Notes: generated from the sequence alone by a model not told the origin. DNA of 64,000 bases from an uncultured Candidatus Saccharibacteria bacterium (GCA_964482335.1 CAYZXA010000001.1:24983-88982); one strand, 5' to 3'. Numbered from the stretch's first letter, positions 46,835-54,995 are shown. Numbers and translations: made by a program.

Positions 46835-48231
46835 ATTTAGAGGAGCTCACCATTACCAAGGCTCATCAAGGATTAAAGAAAAAACAATTCTCAGCTCTTG
46901 AACTTTGCAAAGCATATTTAGACAAGATCGAAGAGGGTAAGGAGGTCCATGCTTTTTTAACAGTGAACGAGAGCTTGGCCTTATCTCAAGCAAAAAAGAT
47001 AGATGATTTAATTGCTGTAGGCAGTGAAATGCCAGTTCTGGCTGGATTGCCTTGCGCTGTCAAAGACAATATTTTAGTTGAGAACGTGAGATGTACGGCT
47101 GGCTCCAAGATTTTAGGCAATTACATTGCTCCCTATAGTGCTACTGTCGTAGAAAAGCTCAAAAGCCAGGGAGCTGTTATTTTGGGCAAAACCAATATGG
47201 ATGAGTTTGCCATGGGTTCCTCGACCGAAAACTCAGGATTTGGAGCAACAAGGAATCCCCATGACTTAACAAGGGTGCCTGGTGGTTCATCGGGCGGGTC
47301 AGCGGCTGCTGTAGCTACTGGCGAGTGTTTATATGCTTTAGGCTCTGATACTGGTGGTTCTGTGCGTCAGCCTGCTTCTTTTTGCGGAGTAGTTGGTTTA
47401 AAGCCTACTTACGGAGCAGTTTCCCGCTATGGCTTGATTGCTTTTGCTTCTTCCTTGGACCAGATAGGGCCAATCACAAAAACAGTGGAAGATGCTAAAA
47501 TAGTATTTGAGGCTATCTCTGGGAAAGACGAGTTAGATAGTACTTCAGTCAGCCCAAAAATAGGGATCCAGAAGTTAAAGAATGTCAGGATTGGCGTGCC
47601 CAAGGAATACTTTGTTAAGGGCATGGATAAAGAGATTGAGAAGATGATCAGAGCTGCCATTAAAAAGTATACGGATAAAGGCGCAAAAGTAATTGAAGTT
47701 AGCTTGCCCCATACTGAATATGCTCTGCCTGCTTACTATATTATTAATCCCTCGGAAGCTTCAGCTAACTTGGCCAGATATGATGGCATAAAGTACGGTT
47801 TTTCTAAAAAAGAGAAATCATTGATAGATGTTTATTTGCAAAGCAGGGGACAGGGTTTTGGCGCAGAAGTTCGCCGCAGGATTATGCTGGGCACTTACGC
47901 TCTGTCATCGGGTTATTACGAAGCATATTATCTGAGGGCTCAGAAGGTTAGAACCAAAATTAAGGAAGATTTTGATAAAGCTTTTAGCAAGGTTGACGTG
48001 ATTGTTACTCCTACTTCGCCAACCACAGCTTTTAAGATAGGCGAGAAAACCAGCGATCCTTTAACTATGTATCTTTCTGATATTTATACTGTTTCTATTA
48101 ATTTAGCTGGTTTGCCTGCTATTTCTCTGCCTTGCGGCAGAATAGGCAAATTGCCAGTAGGCATGCAAATTATTGGCAAAGCTTTTCAGGAAAACATTAT
48201 TTTTAAAGTAGCTCAACTGTATGAAGATTGA
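46831..48231 (+). CDS. gatA: Asp/Glu-tRNA amidotransferase subunit A
   Basis: Amidase signature GGSSGGSAAAVA...GSDTGGSVRQPA. Confidence 0.95.
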   Translation: MNLEELTITKAHQGLKKKQFSALELCKAYLDKIEEGKEVHAFLTVNESLALSQAKKIDDLIAVGSEMPVLAGLPCAVKDNILVENVRCTAGSKILGNYIAPYSATVVEKLKSQGAVILGKTNMDEFAMGSSTENSGFGATRNPHDLTRVPGGSSGGSAAAVATGECLYALGSDTGGSVRQPASFCGVVGLKPTYGAVSRYGLIAFASSLDQIGPITKTVEDAKIVFEAISGKDELDSTSVSPKIGIQKLKNVRIGVPKEYFVKGMDKEIEKMIRAAIKKYTDKGAKVIEVSLPHTEYALPAYYIINPSEASANLARYDGIKYGFSKKEKSLIDVYLQSRGQGFGAEVRRRIMLGTYALSSGYYEAYYLRAQKVRTKIKEDFDKAFSKVDVIVTPTSPTTAFKIGEKTSDPLTMYLSDIYTVSINLAGLPAISLPCGRIGKLPVGMQIIGKAFQENIIFKVAQLYED

Positions 48232-48748
48232 TGTTGATACCATAATTTCATTTCTTACTTCCCAAGAAGTGCAGCAAGACTTATTCTGGGTTAAACTTGG
48301 TTTTTTGATTTTTTCCGGACTGTTAGTGCTTGGTATAATTATTTTAGCCCTCTTTAAAACTCATTATCTGCAATGGCGGTTTTTCCAGGACAGTTTTGAA
48401 TTTTTAACTTACCGCCAGTTTGGTGCCCGGAGAATGCAAGGAAAATGGAGAAAGATTTTGAAGCGCTTGGAAACCGGCCTTGAGTCAGAATACAAAATAG
48501 CCATTGTTGAAGCTGACAATATGTTGAACAATTCTTTGAACAGGATGGGCTATGTGGGAAAAACGCTTGGAGAAAGATTAGAGAAGCTGGCTTCGGCTAC
48601 CATACCCAATATCGACGAGGTTCACCAAGCTCATAAGCTTCGCAATTCTATTGTTCGCGATCCTGATTATCAATTGAGCTTGGAGGATGCTAAAAGAACT
48701 ATAGATATTTATGGAAAAGCCTTTACTAGTTTACAGATTTTAGCTTGA
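48221..48748 (+). CDS. membrane-anchored protein, unknown function
   Basis: One TM helix (LGFLIFSGLLVLGIIILALF) followed by a helical soluble domain. Confidence 0.45.
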   Translation: MKIDVDTIISFLTSQEVQQDLFWVKLGFLIFSGLLVLGIIILALFKTHYLQWRFFQDSFEFLTYRQFGARRMQGKWRKILKRLETGLESEYKIAIVEADNMLNNSLNRMGYVGKTLGERLEKLASATIPNIDEVHQAHKLRNSIVRDPDYQLSLEDAKRTIDIYGKAFTSLQILA

Positions 48749-48773
48749 TTTTTTCTTGAAATTAAAGTAGAAT
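48745..48773 (+). promoter_or_regulatory. putative promoter of the intron-containing tRNA
   Basis: TTGATT, 17 nt, TAGAAT. The -10 ends 7 nt before tRNA position 1. Confidence 0.45.
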
Positions 48774-48780
48774 ACTAGAC

Positions 48781-49053
48781 AGCGCCGTGGAGGAGTAGTA
48801 CCTCACCAGTCTCATAAATTTTTGTGACCTAAAATGGTAACATTTTATGGAAAAATTCCCGAAATTGCTGGGAACCCGTAAAAATATTTTATGGCAATCA
48901 GCAGCCAAGCTTCGACATTTTGTCGGAGAAGGTTCAGAGACTATAATGGGAACACCCTTTTATTTAAGGGAGATGGGATAGTCCGTTCCATTTGGAAACA
49001 AATGGCTAACACTAAAGAAGCTGGGGGCCCCCGTGCAATTCGGGGCGGCGCAA
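48781..49053 (+). tRNA. tRNA(CAU) gene interrupted by a group I intron (exons 48781-48815 and 49018-49053)
   Basis: The joined exons fold as a 71-nt cloverleaf. Acceptor AGCGCCG/CGGCGCA, D-arm GAGG-AGTAGTA-CCTC, anticodon arm CCAGT-CTCATAA-GCTGG, variable GGGC, T-arm CCCCG-TGCAATT-CGGGG. Confidence 0.75.
48816..49017 (+). mobile_element. group I intron, IC3-like (tRNA-type, Azoarcus/Anabaena-like core), 202 nt, no ORF
   Basis: Core strings TATGGCAA..GCAGCCAAGCTTCG and GAAGGTTCAGAGACTATAATGGG match remembered tRNA-intron cores. IGS TTGTGA (48822-48827) pairs with TCAT|AA. P2 has a GTAA loop. P7 is GACTAT/ATAGTC. P9 is CCATTTG-GAAA-CAAATGG. The terminal G is at 49017. Confidence 0.8.
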
Positions 49054-49066
49054 CAAAGATTCTATA

Positions 49067-49095
49067 TTGTCATATTTTTAGACCTACGGTATAAT
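49067..49095 (+). promoter_or_regulatory. putative promoter of the endonuclease-like ORF
   Basis: TTGTCA, 17 nt, TATAAT. The -10 sits in the loop of the GACCTAC/GTAGGTC hairpin (49081-49120) that abuts the ATG. Confidence 0.45.
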
Positions 49096-49121
49096 GAAAG
49101 AATACTTATAACTGTAGGTCC

Positions 49122-49832
49122 ATGGCTAGAATTATAGAAAAAAATAAAGCGCTAAGACTGCGCCAAAAAGGGAAAAGTATAAATGAAATTGCTAGAAGAT
49201 TAAAATTACCAAAAAGCACTGTTAGTGTTTGGTGTCGTGATATTAAACTTACTTCGGAACAGATCGGAAGATTAGCAAAAAGACAAAAATCTGGAAGTTA
49301 TAAAGGAAGAATGAAATTTTTAGAAAGAGTAAGAAAAAAAAGAATGGAAGAGATGATAAGATTGAGAAAGGAAGGAATTCAAGAGATTGGTAAGATAAAA
49401 AAAAGAGATTTATTTGTTGCTGGAATTGCAATGTATTGGAGCGAAGGAGTGACTTCTTCAAATAGCGATGAAGTAAGTTTTTCTAATTCAGACCCCAAAA
49501 TGCTTCTTTTGATGTTGAGATGGTTTAAAGAGATTTGTGGCGTATTAGATAACCAATTTGTTATTCAAATCAGAATCAATAAAATACATAAACAGAGAAT
49601 AAAAGAGATTGAAAATTATTGGTCTAATATAACAAAGATTTCATTAAGCCAATTTACTAAAACGATTTTAATAAAAAGTAAATTGAAGAAGATTTATCCT
49701 AAGACCGACGCTTATTACGGTACTCTAAGAATAAAAATTCGACGCGGTACTCAATTAAGAAGAAAGATTAATGGTTGGATTGAAGGATTGGCTAGGCGGG
49801 GTAGCTCAGTTGGTAGAGCAAAGGACTCATAA
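49122..49832 (+). CDS. free-standing HTH + LAGLIDADG-like homing endonuclease candidate
   Basis: N-terminal HTH (GKSINEIARRLKLPKSTVSVW). LFVAGIAMYWSEG helix followed by the EVSFSNSDPKMLLLMLRWFKEICGV beta-alpha pattern typical of single-motif LAGLIDADG enzymes. The last 38 nt are the 5' half of the next tRNA. Confidence 0.55.
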   Translation: MARIIEKNKALRLRQKGKSINEIARRLKLPKSTVSVWCRDIKLTSEQIGRLAKRQKSGSYKGRMKFLERVRKKRMEEMIRLRKEGIQEIGKIKKRDLFVAGIAMYWSEGVTSSNSDEVSFSNSDPKMLLLMLRWFKEICGVLDNQFVIQIRINKIHKQRIKEIENYWSNITKISLSQFTKTILIKSKLKKIYPKTDAYYGTLRIKIRRGTQLRRKINGWIEGLARRGSSVGRAKDS

Positions 49833-49867
49833 GCCTTAGGTCGTGGGTTCAAGTCCCACCCTCGCCA
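49795..49867 (+). tRNA. tRNA with anticodon CAT (elongator Met or lysidine-Ile2), canonical, no encoded CCA
   Basis: GGCGGGG-TA-GCTC-AGTTGGTA-GAGC-A-AAGGA-CTCATAA-GCCTT-AGGTC-GTGGG-TTCAAGT-CCCAC-CCTCGCC-A. Confidence 0.88.
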
Positions 49868-49892
49868 CATTAAAATTTTAATATTGAATTCT

Positions 49893-49969
49893 GGGGACGT
49901 AGCTCAATTGGTTAGAGCACATGCTTGTCGAGCATGGGGTTGCCGGTTCGAGTCCGGTCGTCCCCGCCA
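49893..49969 (+). tRNA. tRNA-Asp (GTC) with encoded CCA
   Basis: GGGGACG..CATGC-TTGTCGA-GCATG..GCCGG-TTCGAGT-CCGGT-CGTCCCC-G-CCA. Confidence 0.9.
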
Positions 49970-50010
49970 AACGATTATTGATAAACGATAGAAAATAAAG
50001 GAGGTGAAAA

Positions 50011-50268
50011 ATGAGCGAAGATAGTGTTCTTTCACTAGAAGAAGCAGAAGAAATATGGGAGAAGCATTTAAGCATCGGTGAAAAGAGTGAAATGTTTCAG
50101 GAACTATTAAAGAAAGGTAAAATTTCTTTTATAGATTATGGACTAGGTGTTAACCGTCATTTCGAAAGACTTAGACACTTAACAAAATCATCAATTGCTA
50201 AAAAAATAGAGGAAAACGAGCCGTTGTCAGTTGCTTTCGCCCATTCTAAAATAAGAGAAACCACCTGA
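50011..50268 (+). CDS. 85-aa acidic protein, unknown function
   Basis: RBS AAGGAGGTG 5 nt upstream, and a terminator overlaps the stop codon. Confidence 0.45.
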   Translation: MSEDSVLSLEEAEEIWEKHLSIGEKSEMFQELLKKGKISFIDYGLGVNRHFERLRHLTKSSIAKKIEENEPLSVAFAHSKIRETT

Positions 50269-50290
50269 GTATTGCAAGGGTGGTTTTTTA
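50258..50290 (+). terminator. intrinsic terminator
   Basis: AAACCACC / GGTGGTTT stem with a T-run. Confidence 0.6.
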
Positions 50291-50419
50291 TTGAAGATTG
50301 CCTTTTCTTTCGGAATATGGTAGATAAATCAGAGGAGGTGAATCAATATAGTTTTTTAACAAGAGAATAAACACTGTAACGCTCAACAAAATAAAAAAAG
50401 CCAAAAGAAGGAAAAGAAA

Positions 50420-51136
50420 ATGGAAAAACTGATTACTATACAGAAGAGTGTAATTCCTGCTTGTGATGTGGATACCTTGGGAAAATTGGGACAGGTAGCC
50501 GAGGCTACTTTTGGCCTATCAGGAATTGGTGCCTATAAAGTCGGATTAGAGCTTGCTCTTTCCTTCGGCTTAAAAGAGGTAGTTAAGATAATCAGGGAAC
50601 ATAGTAATTTCCCAGTTATCTATGACCACCAAAAAGCAGCTACTGACATTCCAGCCCTAGGAACAAAATTTGCTAAGGCAGTGAAAGGTGCCGGCGTAGA
50701 CGCTGTAATACTATTTCCCTTTGGAGGTGCTGCGACTGAGCGAGAGTGGATAAAAGTTTGTCGAGAAGAAGGTTTAGTGGTTTTAGTTGGCGGTCATATG
50801 ACCCAGCCGGAGTTTCTTGAGGCGGAAGGTGGCTTTATTGCTACTACAGGGCCAGAAAGAATGTATCAGATTGCTGCTGACAGTGGGGTGACCAATTTTG
50901 TTGTTCCGGGAAATAAGCCGGAATTTGTTCTAAAGTATCGTCAGCTACTAGAAAAAGAGTTGGGAGAGGACAAATTTACCCTCTATGCTCCTGGCTTCAT
51001 TACTCAGGGTGGTAGTATCTCGGAGGCCGGCCAGATGGCTGGAGACAATTGGCATGCAATTATCGGCAGTGCTATTTATAAAGCTGAGAATATGAGAAAA
51101 GCTGCTCAGCAGGTGACATTTCAGATTGTTAGCTAA
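50420..51136 (+). CDS. pyrF: orotidine-5'-phosphate decarboxylase family protein
   Basis: DHQKAATDIP matches the DxKxxDIP motif. TIM-barrel-like length, adjacent to pyrE. Confidence 0.65.
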   Translation: MEKLITIQKSVIPACDVDTLGKLGQVAEATFGLSGIGAYKVGLELALSFGLKEVVKIIREHSNFPVIYDHQKAATDIPALGTKFAKAVKGAGVDAVILFPFGGAATEREWIKVCREEGLVVLVGGHMTQPEFLEAEGGFIATTGPERMYQIAADSGVTNFVVPGNKPEFVLKYRQLLEKELGEDKFTLYAPGFITQGGSISEAGQMAGDNWHAIIGSAIYKAENMRKAAQQVTFQIVS

Positions 51137-51173
51137 TAGCCATGCCACCAAAAATCCAAGGAGGTAAAAAGAA

Positions 51174-51833
51174 ATGGTAACTAGAGAAGGACTAACCAAT
51201 TCGCAAAAACAGGTAGCTAACAGAATTTATGATCGGGAAGCAGTAAAGTTTGGAGCCTTCAAATTAAAACTTCATGAGAAGAATCCTGATGCCCCGCTTT
51301 CTCCCATCTATATTACTCTCCGGAAACCACCTGGCGGACCTTTGACCGATGTGGATGTTGAGATGATCGGGCAAGAACTTTACGCCCAGGTAAAAAAGCA
51401 AAAAGTCCTATTTGATGTAGTAGCTGGTATTCCTCGAGCTGGAGAACCATTTGCTGAAGTGGTCGCTCGATTGTCAAGAAGACCCACGCTCAAACTTAGC
51501 AAGAAGGAAGGAGGAGATAAACGAAAGATTGACTCAATTGTCAGTGGAGAATACCGACCTGGCCAGCTTGTCTTATTGGTTGATGATTTAATCACTCAGG
51601 CTGATACAAAGAAAGAGGCAATCGGGGTTTGTGAGAATGCCGAGTTAACAGTTGCCGGAGTAGTCGTCCTGGTAGATCGGGAACAAGGCGGATCAGAGGA
51701 CTTAGGGAATGCCGGTTACACCTTGCATACTGTTTTTCCTCTTTCAGCTCTTCTTGACTATTATGTTGAGGTTGGCAAGATTGATTCGGTAAAGTGTGAT
51801 GAGGTAATGGAATACATCACAGCTAACAGATAG
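51174..51833 (+). CDS. pyrE: orotate phosphoribosyltransferase (type I PRTase)
   Basis: PRPP-binding loop VLLVDDLITQADTK. Confidence 0.7.
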   Translation: MVTREGLTNSQKQVANRIYDREAVKFGAFKLKLHEKNPDAPLSPIYITLRKPPGGPLTDVDVEMIGQELYAQVKKQKVLFDVVAGIPRAGEPFAEVVARLSRRPTLKLSKKEGGDKRKIDSIVSGEYRPGQLVLLVDDLITQADTKKEAIGVCENAELTVAGVVVLVDREQGGSEDLGNAGYTLHTVFPLSALLDYYVEVGKIDSVKCDEVMEYITANR

Positions 51834-51863
51834 GTCAGTGCTTTAAAGAGTTTAATATTAAGG

Positions 51864-51896
51864 TCGCTGGGACCAGTGCGTTCCAGCGATTTTTCT
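51864..51896 (+). terminator. intrinsic terminator
   Basis: TCGCTGG / CCAGCGA stem followed by TTTTTC. Confidence 0.65.
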
Positions 51897-51961
51897 TGTG
51901 AAGTTATCCCCAGTTTTCAGCTTGATTTTAGGTTAATTTTAAGGTAAAATAAAGGAAGGAA

Positions 51962-52975
51962 ATGACTCTGAAAACCCTTAAAATTGAGGCTGAAAAAGCC
52001 ATTGAAAAAGCTCGAGATTTGAAGGTTTTGAACAATGCTTTTAAGAAATATCTGGGTAAAAAATCAGAACTTACCCGGATTTTGCGTTCTTTAGAAAAGC
52101 TACCTAAAGCCAAGCGAGTTAAAGTTGGTAAAGAAGCTAATACTTTGAAGAATTCTTTAAGGATTCAATTTGATAAAAAAGCCAGAGAACTTAAAGAGAA
52201 AGCCCAAAAAGAAACTGAAGAAAAAGAATGGATAGATGTGACCGTTCCTGGCAAAAGGCCTGTTTTAGGCCATTTACATCCTCTGACCTTGGTCAAAAGA
52301 AAAGCAGAAGAGATTTTCCAAGCCATGGGCTTTACAGTAATTCAAGGTCCAGAGATGGAGAATGAATGGTATAACTTTGATGCTTTAAACATTCCTAAAG
52401 ACCATCCAGCCAGAGATCTTTGGGATACTTTCTATTTGAAGAATGGTTTGCTTTTAAGAACTCATACCTCTCCTGTGCAGATTAGATTTATGGAAAAAAA
52501 CCAGCCGCCTTTAAGAATTATTGTGCCAGGAAGAATCTTTCGGCACGAGGCGACCGATGCTTCTCATGAGACTAACTTTTATCAGCTAGAAGGGTTAATG
52601 GTTTCAGAACAAGTTTCTGCTGCTAACTTTAAAGCCATTATCGAAGAATTCTTCCAGAGATTCTTTGAAAAACCAGTAAAAATTCGCTTGATACCCAGCT
52701 TTTTCCCGTTTGTGGAGCCTGGTTTTCAAGTTGATATGACCTGTTTAAATTGCGAAGGCAAGGGTTGTCCAGCTTGTTCTCGGACTGGTTGGCTAGAGAT
52801 GATGGGAGCTGGCATGGTTCATCCTAATGTTTTGAGAGCAGCCGGCTTAAATCCTAAAAACTGGCAGGGTTTTGCCTTTGGCATGGGAATAGATAGATTG
52901 GCTATGATGAAATATAAAATTAACGATATTAGATTATTTTATTCTGGAGACTTAAGGTTTCTCCAACAATTTTAA
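51962..52975 (+). CDS. pheS: phenylalanine--tRNA ligase alpha subunit
   Basis: HPARDLWDTFY, FRHEATDASHE and GFAFGMGIDRLAM. Confidence 0.96.
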   Translation: MTLKTLKIEAEKAIEKARDLKVLNNAFKKYLGKKSELTRILRSLEKLPKAKRVKVGKEANTLKNSLRIQFDKKARELKEKAQKETEEKEWIDVTVPGKRPVLGHLHPLTLVKRKAEEIFQAMGFTVIQGPEMENEWYNFDALNIPKDHPARDLWDTFYLKNGLLLRTHTSPVQIRFMEKNQPPLRIIVPGRIFRHEATDASHETNFYQLEGLMVSEQVSAANFKAIIEEFFQRFFEKPVKIRLIPSFFPFVEPGFQVDMTCLNCEGKGCPACSRTGWLEMMGAGMVHPNVLRAAGLNPKNWQGFAFGMGIDRLAMMKYKINDIRLFYSGDLRFLQQF

Positions 52976-52976
52976 A

Positions 52977-54995
52977 ATGAAATTCTCCTATAATTTTTTT
53001 AGAGATTACGTTTCAAGATTGCCAAAGCCAGAAAAATTGGCCGAGCTTTTAACACAGCACTCTTTTGAGGTAGAGGAAGTTAAAAAAACCGGAGGAGATT
53101 TTCTCCTAAGTATTGATATCCTGCCTAATCGAGCTCCTGATTGTTTCTCACATTTTGGTGTTGCCAGAGAAATAGCAGCTATTACCAAATCAACTTTAAA
53201 GCCCCTGCTTGTTCGAGGCTTGATCTCAAACAAACTGAAGACCAGGGATTATGTTTCAGTTGATATTAGGGATAAAAAAGCCTGTCCTCGCTATACAGCT
53301 AAAGTTCTAACTGACGTTAAAGTAGGATCTTCCCCTAAATGGTTGAAAGACAGGTTAAGGGTTTGCGGCTTGAATCCAATCAACAATATTGTTGATATTG
53401 CCAACTACGTTATGCTGGAAACCGGCCAGCCCTTGCATGCTTTTGACGGTCAGAAACTAGAAGGCAAAAAGATTATTGTCAGATTTGCCAAAAACAGAGA
53501 GAAGATAGTTACTTTAGATGAGCAAAAATTTGATTTGAATCCCGATGTTTTAGTCATTGCTGATATCAAAAAACCAATAGCCATTGCTGGCCTCAAGGGA
53601 GGCAAAATACCAGAAATAGATAAAAAGACAAAAATAGTTGTTTTGGAATCAGCCAATTTCAATCCGCGGGTCATTCGCAAGAGTTCCAGGAAATTAAATT
53701 TGAAAACTGACGCTTCTTTAAGATTTGAACATGGCATTGACTCTAACTTAACTGAATTGGCTATTTCGCGAGCTGCTTATTTAATCCAAAAAATTGCTGG
53801 TGGCAAAATAGCTCAAGGCTTGATTGATATCTATACTAAGAAATCTTATCCAAAGAGAATTAGGTTAGACTATGGGTACCTTATAAGGCTTTTAGGAATA
53901 AAAATAGAAAGGAAAGAAGTCAAAAGTATCTTAACTAAATTAGGATTTAAAATTATTAAAGAGAAATTTCCCAATTTGATCGTTGAGGTCCCAACCTGGA
54001 GATTGGATGTTTCAATTCCAGAAGATTTGATTGAAGAAATCGGCAGAATATATGATTATGAGAAAATTCCTGCTACTTTTCCCATAGCTGCCCTGATTCC
54101 AGCCAAAAGAAATTTAAACGCCTTTTGGGAAGATATGACAAAGAATATTTTGAAAGAAGCTGGTTTTACTGAAGTTTATAATTACTCCTTTATTTCTGAA
54201 GATGAGGTAAAGATATTTAACAATGAGAACCTGATTGAGTTGGAAAACCCGATGAGCAAAGAACAGAAGTATTTGCGGTCTAGTTTAATTCCAAATTTAT
54301 TAAAAAACGTTCAGAAGAACCAGAAAAGTTTTAATAAGATTAGGATTTTTGAACTAGGCAAGATTTTTGGTTTAAAGATTAAAGAAAAAAGACAGCTGGC
54401 CGGCTTGATTAGTGGTGATGATTTTTACCGACTCAAGGGGGTGATGGATTTGCTTTTGAACAAATTAGGCATTAGCAATATTTGGTATGATGAGCACCAG
54501 CCAACGCCTGGACAAAGCAAGAAAGCTCTATGGCATGCCAAGAAATGTGCTGAGATTAAGGTAGACAACAAAGAAATCGGCTTTTTAGGAGAGATTTCAC
54601 CAAGAATTCTGCAGTCTTTGAAGATTGCCAATAAGGTAGTTGTCTTTGATTTGGGTTTTGACAAGTTGCAGAAGCTTGCTTCAGAAGAGCATGAGTATAT
54701 GTCTCTTTCCAAGTTTCCTTCAGCTGTCAGAGATTTGGCTGTTTTGGTCCCCCGGGGCACTAAAGTAGTTCAGGTTTTAAATAAGATAAATGCGGCTGGC
54801 GGCAAATTAATCAGAGATATTGATTTATTTGATATTTACGAGGGAGAAGAGCTGCCTCAAGGCAAAAAGAATTTAGCTTTTCATATCATCTATCAGGCGA
54901 AAGATAGAACCCTTAAATCAAAAGAGGTAGATGAAATTCATCAAAAAATAATTAAAGCTTTAGAAAAAGATCCAACATGGCAAATAAGAAAGTAA
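52977..54995 (+). CDS. pheT: phenylalanine--tRNA ligase beta subunit (short, no N-terminal tRNA-binding domain)
   Basis: B3/4, B5 and FDX-ACB domain order. 672 aa. Confidence 0.92.
   Translation: MKFSYNFFRDYVSRLPKPEKLAELLTQHSFEVEEVKKTGGDFLLSIDILPNRAPDCFSHFGVAREIAAITKSTLKPLLVRGLISNKLKTRDYVSVDIRDKKACPRYTAKVLTDVKVGSSPKWLKDRLRVCGLNPINNIVDIANYVMLETGQPLHAFDGQKLEGKKIIVRFAKNREKIVTLDEQKFDLNPDVLVIADIKKPIAIAGLKGGKIPEIDKKTKIVVLESANFNPRVIRKSSRKLNLKTDASLRFEHGIDSNLTELAISRAAYLIQKIAGGKIAQGLIDIYTKKSYPKRIRLDYGYLIRLLGIKIERKEVKSILTKLGFKIIKEKFPNLIVEVPTWRLDVSIPEDLIEEIGRIYDYEKIPATFPIAALIPAKRNLNAFWEDMTKNILKEAGFTEVYNYSFISEDEVKIFNNENLIELENPMSKEQKYLRSSLIPNLLKNVQKNQKSFNKIRIFELGKIFGLKIKEKRQLAGLISGDDFYRLKGVMDLLLNKLGISNIWYDEHQPTPGQSKKALWHAKKCAEIKVDNKEIGFLGEISPRILQSLKIANKVVVFDLGFDKLQKLASEEHEYMSLSKFPSAVRDLAVLVPRGTKVVQVLNKINAAGGKLIRDIDLFDIYEGEELPQGKKNLAFHIIYQAKDRTLKSKEVDEIHQKIIKALEKDPTWQIRK

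Noticed and set aside
48891-49094. 67-aa plus-strand ORF (MAISSQASTFCRRRF...) in the track
   Set aside because: It lies entirely within the group I intron core, the 3' tRNA exon and the downstream promoter. It has no RBS, and the region is far better explained as structured RNA.
49795-49832. The idea that the endonuclease ORF and the downstream tRNA form one long intron, with the second tRNA's 3' half as the true 3' exon of the first tRNA
   Set aside because: The 202-nt intron is complete (P1-P10, P7, P9, terminal G) and has its own matching 3' exon at 49018-49053. The downstream tRNA has its own perfectly paired 5' half.
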